Positions 1 through 7,504 of a DNA stretch of 64,000 nt are shown one piece after another (position 1 is the first letter of the stretch; each line of letters starts with the position of its first letter). The position numbers and the translations under genes are program-made. This stretch comes from a virus (lineage: Duplodnaviria; Caudoviricetes). The stretch is from the IMG/VR virus record IMGVR_UViG_3300014205_000177, positions 64,001 to 128,000 of that record, one strand, 5' to 3'. The notes under the pieces are model-generated. The model made no database searches and was not told the origin of the DNA. It saw nothing but the letters and a program-made list of their open reading frames with translations.

Positions 1-546
1 AAAATTAGATAATACCATATTATCTCTTTTATACATTAACTCTTTTCTGTCAAATAGTAAATTAGTTTTAAACCCATCAAATATAATATCTGATGGAAAA
101 TAAGCATAATTGACATCTACTTTAAAACTCCAAAACTTCTTGACCATTTGATATATTAAAAAATCAACCATTGGAGAAGATTTTTTTGTACATAAAAATT
201 TTCCATACATTTCCTCGGGTAAAGATATATAATTTTTAAAACAACAGTCTTCAAAAATAGTTGAATCTATTATTAAATCATTATCATTACACTTGTTATT
301 TACTATTTCTAATATTTTACCTCTGTCATTTAAAACCGGTGAATAGATGTAAAATATTCTTTTAATACACCCAAACTCTGGACGTACAAATTCTTTATAT
401 TTATTAAATGGGAGTTTATATATAACCCCATTAAAAAATACAAAAATTTTTAATTGACATTTGGGGCAAACTATAACATTATCTCCTATTTTAAGACAAT
501 GACTACTATTCACCCCACAGTCACATTTTATAACATTTTTATTCAT
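1..546 (-). CDS. Hypothetical protein with N-terminal Zn-ribbon (CDC...CPKC); 3' end runs off the window
   Basis: Not in the ORF track. My own translation from ATG at 546 (MNKNVIKCDCGVNSSHCLKIGDNVIVCPKC...) stays open to position 1; the start overlaps the stop of ORF 539..745 (ATGAATAA). Confidence 0.8.
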   Translation of the reverse strand, partial: MNKNVIKCDCGVNSSHCLKIGDNVIVCPKCQLKIFVFFNGVIYKLPFNKYKEFVRPEFGCIKRIFYIYSPVLNDRGKILEIVNNKCNDNDLIIDSTIFEDCCFKNYISLPEEMYGKFLCTKKSSPMVDFLIYQMVKKFWSFKVDVNYAYFPSDIIFDGFKTNLLFDRKELMYKRDNMVLSNF

Positions 547-745
547 TTACCTTTTTGCTTGCTATTTTAGTAAATATTAATGCTTTTTGTTCATCACTAA
601 GAGTTATTTTAGATAGCCAGTTATTCAAACTTCCTTTTGAAACATTTACACCTTCCCTTGCAAGTTCATCAATAATTTCTGAATAACTCTTACCAGCACG
701 ACGCAATTCAATTGCTAATTTTCTAGCCTCTCTTTTCATCTTCAC
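539..745 (-). CDS. Small helix-turn-helix DNA-binding protein
   Basis: AIELRRAGKSYSEII...VSKGSLNNWL HTH pattern; overlaps both neighbours. Confidence 0.7.
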   Translation of the reverse strand: MKMKREARKLAIELRRAGKSYSEIIDELAREGVNVSKGSLNNWLSKITLSDEQKALIFTKIASKKVNE

Positions 746-1061
746 CTTCCTTTGTCATTGATTTATACATTTCTTCGCCTTCCTTTCTAAACTCTTCTTG
801 AGTTAGAACTTTTTTATCTATTAATATTTTAATTAAAACATTTAAAGATAAATCTACATCCATAATCCTAGAATGAGCTTTGTTAGCAAAATCAACAAGT
901 GATTTAATTGATTCTTTGTCTTTTGAAGCAAGTGTTAGTGAAGTAATTATAGAATCCATCTTTATACATTCGTTTTCTGCAATCTGCAAAGAATTTTCTA
1001 AAGACTTATTCACTTCTTCTAGTTCTGCAATCCTAGATTGCATTTTTTCTATTTCACTCAT
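723..1061 (-). CDS. Hypothetical coiled-coil protein
   Basis: Heptad-rich N-terminus; AAGGAG SD upstream. Confidence 0.75.
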   Translation of the reverse strand: MSEIEKMQSRIAELEEVNKSLENSLQIAENECIKMDSIITSLTLASKDKESIKSLVDFANKAHSRIMDVDLSLNVLIKILIDKKVLTQEEFRKEGEEMYKSMTKEGEDEKRG

Positions 1062-1097
1062 TTTTATCTCCTTTTTTTGTAACTGATATATTACCAG

Positions 1098-1535
1098 TTA
1101 TTTTCTAATTTTAACCTTTTGATTGACGTTTTTTGTTATACTTTCTATAGTACTATTCCTTTTTGAGCGTTCTAATGCACCAAGAGGGTCTGGAATACTA
1201 GAAGCTATACGAACTACCGGTCTACCAGTCTTCTCATCTATAGATGCACCAGGAATGCTTTTAAGTAAACTATTATTTTGAATTGTTCTATTCCCATGGT
1301 CTATAAAGTTAAGCATAACCGGTTTACCATCAACATTGATTAGTTTTTGATGTGGTTTAACTTGAATCCCTGGATTGTTAGTCTTTATGACGGAACTAGT
1401 TGCATTAAAAACCCTCCTTAATTTTGATGAACATTTTTCACATTTAGCATTTTTCCTTCCATCTTCGTCTTTCATGGAAAAAACTAATACTACATCTTCA
1501 TTACACTTTTCACAATGAAAATCATAACTTGGCAT
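1098..1535 (-). CDS. FmdB-family zinc-ribbon protein
   Basis: MPSYDFHCEKC...KCEKCSSKLRRVF signature; AGGAGG SD. Confidence 0.85.
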   Translation of the reverse strand: MPSYDFHCEKCNEDVVLVFSMKDEDGRKNAKCEKCSSKLRRVFNATSSVIKTNNPGIQVKPHQKLINVDGKPVMLNFIDHGNRTIQNNSLLKSIPGASIDEKTGRPVVRIASSIPDPLGALERSKRNSTIESITKNVNQKVKIRK

Positions 1536-1546
1536 AAATCCTCCTT

Positions 1547-3886
1547 TTATATTGAACTTAACATTTTCATGTCTTTAATTAAAAACGTTCCATCTTTATA
1601 TCTACCAGTAAATAAATATATTTTATTATTATTAAGATTATTTTTTAAAGCATCATATACATCTGGAAAAAGAATAGCATCCATATTTTGTCTTTTATCA
1701 TAAATATCTAAGAAAGCCATAGTTCTTCCATCGTTTTTACTATTTAATTTACTAATAGAATGTAGCTTAATTTCACTAACCATAGCCACTATCTTTAAAT
1801 CACTATCTGATGGGAAAAATCCGTCAATCATATCAAGTATATCTGTATTGGTTTCTTCTTCTATTATTTTTTTGAATGGCTCTGTAGGGTCTGCTGTAAC
1901 ATAATAATTACAAAGGACAAACTCTTCTCCAAGCATTTCTTCAAGAGTTCTTTTTTCTCCACTATATTCAAAATCTCTTTCTTCTTGTGCAATTTCTGAA
2001 ATACTGTATTCAACTCTTAATTTAACCCCAGAGGCTTTTCTTTTTTGTTGGTCTTTATATTTTACTATTTTCTCTTTTACAAATTCATATTTTGCTAATA
2101 AAATATCTCTGTGCTCTCCCATGAAATCAAAAACCCCAACATTAATCATATTCCTCATAACATCAGCACTTAATACCCCCATATCTGAGTTATACAAAAA
2201 TTCAGTAAAACTTTTTAAATATTCTCTATTTTTTATTAATTCTTTTACTGTTGGAGGAGTAACATTTTTTATAAAAGATAGTCCAAATTCTACAGTTTCA
2301 TCATCTCTTATTTCAAAATAAGCACCACTTGTTAAAGCACTAGGAGGAATTAGTTTTACACCAAGTGTTTTAATTTCATTAATATATGTACCTATTTTTT
2401 CTTTTTCATCTTCTCCATTTATTAATTCACACATAAATTCAGTTGGGAAATGAGCCTTAAACCACGCTGCTTGAAAAGCAATTTTACCATAAGCTACGCT
2501 ATGAGATTTATTGAAAGAATATTTCTGGGCTGTTTCAATTTGTGAAAATATTTCTTCTGTAACACTGTCAGGTCTGCCAAGAGACTTTGACTTTTCATAA
2601 AATAGAGTTTTTGCTTCTGCCATTTTTTCAGGAATTTTCTTGCCAATAGCTTTCCTAAGATTATCAGCTTCTGTCATATTAAATCCAGCATAGTCTTTAG
2701 CAATTTGCATTGCAGTTTCCTGATACAATACAGTATTAAGAGTTTCTTTCATTGAATGCTCTAAAGATGGATGTAAATATTCTATCGGAGATTCACCCTT
2801 TTTGCGCTTAATATAAAGTTCAGTTACACCTGCATGAAGAGTACCAGGTCTAATAAGTGCAGTAAGAGCAAATACATCTTCAAAACAATTGACTTTCATA
2901 CTCTTACACATATTTTGAACATATTTACGTTCTAACTGAAACACTCCTGTAGTTTCTCCTCTTGCAAAAAGTGCTAATGTTCTTTTATCATCCATTTTTA
3001 TATCTACTTCTGCATTTATTTTAATTCCACGTCTTTCATATATCCTATCCATAACCCTTTTCATAATATCAAGAGTATTTAGTCCAAGAACATCTACTTT
3101 TAAAAATCCACCATCTTCCATGTCATACATATCCCATTGAGTAATAGATGAGAATTTATCGGTTTTTGGAGATTTAAATAATGGCATATAATCTGTAATT
3201 GGTTTAGGCGTAATTACAATACCAGAAGCATGTACTCCTGTTGATTTTGATTTACCTGCTAAATCTCTAGCTATATTAAATATCTCAGGATATTTTTTAG
3301 CTTCTTCTTGTAATTCAGGAGAATCTGCAATAGCATCTTCAAAATCTATATCAGCAGATGCTGGAAATTTTTTAGCTATTCTATCTGCAACTTTAGCATG
3401 GTCTGGAATCTGTAAAGCCATAGCTATATTTCTAATTATTGCACGAGACCACATTTTACCAAATGTTATAATGTTAGCAACTCTATCGTTCCCATATTTT
3501 TCTTGTAAGTGAGTAATAACTTCGTCTCTTCTATCTTTACTAATGTCCATATCAACATCAGGCATACTTATACGGCTAGGATTAAGAAAACGTTCAAAAT
3601 ACAAACCATATTTAATAGGGTCAATAGTTGTAATTCCTACAGCATAAGCAATTAGCGAACCGCAAGCACTTCCACGACCTGGGCCTACTGGAATATTATT
3701 ATCTCTACAAAAATCAAGAATGTCTGCAATAATAAGAAAATAATCAACAAATCCCATTTTACTGACTACTTCTAACTCAAATTTTGCTCTATCGAAATAT
3801 TCTTTAGTTTCTGGAATATTTTTTTCTTTCCATCCTTTTTTCATTTTCCAACGAAGAAAGTCTAAATTATTGAATTGTCTGGACAT
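1547..3886 (-). CDS. dnaE: DNA polymerase III alpha, catalytic part (palm/thumb/fingers/HhH/OB) lacking the PHP domain
   Basis: GFVDYFLI, VGPGRGSACGS, FERFLNPSRISMPDVDMD, TGVHASG, KVDVLGL, GVFQLE, YSFNKSHS, C-terminal OB (GRTMAFL); begins just after where the PHP domain normally ends. Confidence 0.95.
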   Translation of the reverse strand: MSRQFNNLDFLRWKMKKGWKEKNIPETKEYFDRAKFELEVVSKMGFVDYFLIIADILDFCRDNNIPVGPGRGSACGSLIAYAVGITTIDPIKYGLYFERFLNPSRISMPDVDMDISKDRRDEVITHLQEKYGNDRVANIITFGKMWSRAIIRNIAMALQIPDHAKVADRIAKKFPASADIDFEDAIADSPELQEEAKKYPEIFNIARDLAGKSKSTGVHASGIVITPKPITDYMPLFKSPKTDKFSSITQWDMYDMEDGGFLKVDVLGLNTLDIMKRVMDRIYERRGIKINAEVDIKMDDKRTLALFARGETTGVFQLERKYVQNMCKSMKVNCFEDVFALTALIRPGTLHAGVTELYIKRKKGESPIEYLHPSLEHSMKETLNTVLYQETAMQIAKDYAGFNMTEADNLRKAIGKKIPEKMAEAKTLFYEKSKSLGRPDSVTEEIFSQIETAQKYSFNKSHSVAYGKIAFQAAWFKAHFPTEFMCELINGEDEKEKIGTYINEIKTLGVKLIPPSALTSGAYFEIRDDETVEFGLSFIKNVTPPTVKELIKNREYLKSFTEFLYNSDMGVLSADVMRNMINVGVFDFMGEHRDILLAKYEFVKEKIVKYKDQQKRKASGVKLRVEYSISEIAQEERDFEYSGEKRTLEEMLGEEFVLCNYYVTADPTEPFKKIIEEETNTDILDMIDGFFPSDSDLKIVAMVSEIKLHSISKLNSKNDGRTMAFLDIYDKRQNMDAILFPDVYDALKNNLNNNKIYLFTGRYKDGTFLIKDMKMLSSI

Positions 3887-6267
3887 TTTTTGTCGCCTTC
3901 CATTATTGGTTTTAATTTCATTCTTGAATAATCTACAAGCGGAGTAGAAAGAGGATTTTTAATATCTACATATTTCTTTTTTATGCCACTATTAGGTTTC
4001 CAATAACTTTTAGAAATACTATCCATAATAGCACTAGCTTCTTCAAATGGCATATCTATACATTTAGATACAATACCCATTTTTGCTAAAAAGAAAAGTT
4101 GCTTAGGAGTACACAATCCTTTTTCACGCCTCTTTATAATAGCATCAACTATCCTGTTTGCAAATCCTTTGTTCATTTTTTTATCCATAAAAATTCCAAC
4201 TTTTGTTAGAAACTCTATTTGCTTTTCACTAATAGGTTGAAATTCCCAATGAAATATAGGTTCATAATTTAATAATGAATCATTTTTAGACAAAAATGCA
4301 AATGTTTTAAAATTCTTTAAATTCTTTTTAAATAAATCAACTTGCGCAATTTTTCTAGCCTCTTCCATTTTAGCTTGAAAAAGAATACAATCAATAATAT
4401 AATGTAAGTCAACTAAATTATAACTATTATTACAATTAGAAATGAGAAAATCACGCATTGCATTAGCTACAGCTTCGTTTTCTGCAATTAGTTTAGATGG
4501 ATGAAATATCTCTTTATTTGATTTCCATATTAAATCAAATAATAATAAGTTTTCTTTACCATTCATCAACCTTGTTCCTCTTCCCATTGCTTGTTTATAA
4601 AAATTAAAAGATTGAGTTGGTCTTAAATTTACAATACAATCAACTGATGGCTCATCCCAGCCCTCATTAAGAAGCAAACTACAAGTTAAAACTTTAATTT
4701 TATTATTAGAAAATGCTTCTAGTTTTTCTTTTCTATCCTTATCTTTACCTGAAATATGAGTAACGTTAAAACCACAAGTAGACATTGCTTTTGCAACTTC
4801 TATAGCTCCATCAATTCTAGGTGTAAATACCACTATTTTTCTATTTGGAGTGTGTTTCATTAAATATTTTGATACAGCTGAAAAATAAGGAGAAATAGCA
4901 TCTTCAAGTTCCCCAACTGAAAAATCTCCAGAAGAGTTTTTAACTTTTGAAATATCTACAGATATATTTGCAGTACGTGCTATTATATTAGACAACCAAC
5001 CATCTTTAATGGCATCTGGAAGTTCATATTCAAATGCTTTTATTTCAAATACTTCGCTTAATTTTTTCTGGTCAGCACGGTCTGGAGTTGCTGTAACACC
5101 TAATAATTTAGATTCAGAAAAATGATTAACTATACGCATATATGTATCTGAAACAATATGATGTGCCTCATCAACTATTATTAAATCAAAAAAATCTTTA
5201 GGATACCTATTAAGCCTTTTTTCTATACATAAAGAATCTTTACTTGCAAAAATTAATTGATGATTTAAATCACCAATAGAACTTTCTTTCTCTAAACTAA
5301 AATCAATACCAGAATCAATTTTTAAAAACTTTTCTATTGCTTGATTTATTAATTCTTCTCTATGAGCAATTATTAATACTTTTCCACCATCTTTTATAAT
5401 ATCAGAAGCTATGGAGTTAAATACTATAGTCTTACCACAATTATGAGTAATTATATTACCTTCCATTAAATATCTTCTATCACCACTTACATGAAATCCA
5501 TAACACGTTCCTACTGCTTCTTTTTCTATAGATTTTATAATTCTAAGAAAAGGTTTTTCTCTAAAACCCTTTATTATTAACCCTGCATCGCAAATGACAC
5601 CATGATTTAAAAATACCGAATCGCACAGTCTGCCTAAATCTTTTCTTATATTAACATTCTTTTTTGGAAAAAAACAAGAAGGATTTCCTTTGTTATTTTT
5701 TAAATGAACCATAAAACCTTTGATAAATTCAATTCTATCTTCGAAAGACATTCTAAAATACTCTTCTTTAATATCCATATCTTTTCTTGCTTTTATACCT
5801 AACATATAAGGTTCAAGGAGTTTATTTTTATAAGGATTCCCAACTCTCAAAATAGGAGCCATTATCATTTTTATATGGTTATTTAAAAGATACTTTGAAT
5901 AAAAACTCATATGCCTAATTGGTACATCTTTTATTACGTCTTTATTGTTACTAGTATCAATAATTGAAAATAAATGATTTCCACCAAGAAGAAATTCGTT
6001 TCTATCTCTTGTAGATTTAACTCTATATATATCATCTTCACTTACAATTACTTCTAATACTGTCCTTGGTGTAGAATCTGCCCCCATTAATTGGTCTCCA
6101 GCCTTGATGTCTTCTACTTTAACTAAATGACCAGTATATTTTAAAACTCTTTGTCCTTTTGCATGACATCCCGTTGGTAAAACTAATAAAACTTTTTTAA
6201 ACCCACTTAACCAAGCTTCTTTTATTGATGATATTGCTTCTTTTTGATAAGGTCTCAAATTTATCAT
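3862..6267 (-). CDS. SF2 DEAD/DEAH-box helicase precursor containing an intein
   Basis: LRPYQ Q-motif, LPTG|intein|CGKT Walker A, IVDEAHH, GVTATPDR, LNEGWDEP, QAMGRGTR. Confidence 0.92.
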   Translation of the reverse strand: MINLRPYQKEAISSIKEAWLSGFKKVLLVLPTGCHAKGQRVLKYTGHLVKVEDIKAGDQLMGADSTPRTVLEVIVSEDDIYRVKSTRDRNEFLLGGNHLFSIIDTSNNKDVIKDVPIRHMSFYSKYLLNNHIKMIMAPILRVGNPYKNKLLEPYMLGIKARKDMDIKEEYFRMSFEDRIEFIKGFMVHLKNNKGNPSCFFPKKNVNIRKDLGRLCDSVFLNHGVICDAGLIIKGFREKPFLRIIKSIEKEAVGTCYGFHVSGDRRYLMEGNIITHNCGKTIVFNSIASDIIKDGGKVLIIAHREELINQAIEKFLKIDSGIDFSLEKESSIGDLNHQLIFASKDSLCIEKRLNRYPKDFFDLIIVDEAHHIVSDTYMRIVNHFSESKLLGVTATPDRADQKKLSEVFEIKAFEYELPDAIKDGWLSNIIARTANISVDISKVKNSSGDFSVGELEDAISPYFSAVSKYLMKHTPNRKIVVFTPRIDGAIEVAKAMSTCGFNVTHISGKDKDRKEKLEAFSNNKIKVLTCSLLLNEGWDEPSVDCIVNLRPTQSFNFYKQAMGRGTRLMNGKENLLLFDLIWKSNKEIFHPSKLIAENEAVANAMRDFLISNCNNSYNLVDLHYIIDCILFQAKMEEARKIAQVDLFKKNLKNFKTFAFLSKNDSLLNYEPIFHWEFQPISEKQIEFLTKVGIFMDKKMNKGFANRIVDAIIKRREKGLCTPKQLFFLAKMGIVSKCIDMPFEEASAIMDSISKSYWKPNSGIKKKYVDIKNPLSTPLVDYSRMKLKPIMEGDKKCPDNSII
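5440..6168 (-). mobile_element. Intein (243 aa) in the helicase Walker A motif, with a probably degenerate endonuclease region
   Basis: Starts CHAKGQRV..KVEDIKAGDQLMG, ends YGFHV..RYLMEGNIITHN followed by Cys; removal restores PTG-CGKT. Confidence 0.92.
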
Positions 6268-6827
6268 TTAAAAATCCTTGTTTCTAAAATATTTTTCCCT
6301 ACATTATACTTTAATAATTTTTCCAAAAGAAATAAAGAACTTCTAGCATCACCAAGAGCATCGTGATTACCATATTCTATATTAAAATATTCACACAATG
6401 TTGAAAGTTTCATATCATCAACATCTACTTTTGCTAAAGATGCCATAGTACAGGTATCTATGAATCTAACTGTTCCGAGTGATTTTCCACAAAAATTAAT
6501 TCTCTTATTGATAATAGGGAGGTCACTTTTTCTTATATTATGACCAACAATAATAGCCCCTGAAAAAAAAGATAATATCTTTTCGTGTCTTTCTTCAAAA
6601 CTTTCTTCTCCTAATCTTCTATCATCTGATATTTTATGAGTTTTTAATGCGTAATATGTACTCTTTCCGCCTCCAAACATCCTAGAATATTCATTTATTT
6701 TACCAGATAAAAATTCTACTATTCCAAGTTGTATTATCCTATTATTATCTCCAGATTCACCTGTTGTCTCTATATCAACAGCTATTAATCTCTCAGTGGG
6801 AAATTTTTCAATTATTTGTTTAAACAT
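6264..6827 (-). CDS. DEDDh 3'-5' exonuclease (DnaQ/epsilon-like)
   Basis: ExoI VDIETTG, ExoII GHNIRKSDL, ExoIII HDALGDA. Confidence 0.9.
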   Translation of the reverse strand: MFKQIIEKFPTERLIAVDIETTGESGDNNRIIQLGIVEFLSGKINEYSRMFGGGKSTYYALKTHKISDDRRLGEESFEERHEKILSFFSGAIIVGHNIRKSDLPIINKRINFCGKSLGTVRFIDTCTMASLAKVDVDDMKLSTLCEYFNIEYGNHDALGDARSSLFLLEKLLKYNVGKNILETRIFK

Positions 6828-7315
6828 TTATTAACCTTTCCGCAAGGTTTAAACTCTCCACAAATTCCATTTCTAAATTCACACATTGGACACATTAAAC
6901 ATGCCAACTCTGGGTCAACTTCTGAAATTTTAGACTTTAATTCATCAAAAAACTCACGAGTATAAATCTCGGCTTTAGAACACATTCTTTTATGAGACCA
7001 GTCAATAATATGTTGAGCATTGCACATTATAAAAAAATTACGAGGAGCTAGACGACCATGAACTACAGCAGAACCTATATCAGGTCTACCGCTTTGAACT
7101 AGGAATAATGCTCCATTTTTATCATGAGTTCTCATTTGCATTACTACGCAGTATGGAATATCAGTACAATAGATAGCAAACATTTGGGTTCTGATTGGAG
7201 AATGACCGCTTTTATACCACTTACTCAATGAAGCTTTGGATTTAACTCCGAAAGAATGTTCCATACAACGTTCTAATAATCCTCTGTCTGTTATCTTTTC
7301 TATATTAATTTCCAT
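6812..7315 (-). CDS. Short, divergent ThyX/Thy1-like flavin-dependent thymidylate synthase homologue
   Basis: GHSPIR, Q.RTH...QSGR, KRMCSKA..TR, C-terminal CPMCEFR.G.CGEFKPCG typical of ThyX-like proteins. Confidence 0.65.
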   Translation of the reverse strand: MEINIEKITDRGLLERCMEHSFGVKSKASLSKWYKSGHSPIRTQMFAIYCTDIPYCVVMQMRTHDKNGALFLVQSGRPDIGSAVVHGRLAPRNFFIMCNAQHIIDWSHKRMCSKAEIYTREFFDELKSKISEVDPELACLMCPMCEFRNGICGEFKPCGKVNKCLNK

Positions 7316-7500
7316 TATTTGTTATCCTTAGTTATTTTTTCATATTCTAATTTATTGATATATACATTTATCCTAGATAAATCCTTTAGGCAAACTCCAC
7401 CAGAGCTGTCTTCTCCAAGGTGTTTGCACATGACACCCTCTAAATGCCCCCATTGTTCTCCTCTTTTAAAACATTTTTCCTTGCATCCACACTTCTTCAT
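7315..7500 (-). CDS. Small Cys-rich hypothetical protein
   Basis: 61 aa with 5 Cys; fills the gap and abuts both neighbours; AAAGGA SD. Confidence 0.65.
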   Translation of the reverse strand: MKKCGCKEKCFKRGEQWGHLEGVMCKHLGEDSSGGVCLKDLSRINVYINKLEYEKITKDNK

Positions 7501-7504
7501 TTTA

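Noticed and set aside
1080-1100. Hairpin TAACTG-N9-CAGTTA as a terminator
   Set aside because: Weak stem, and no U-tract on the transcribed (minus) strand
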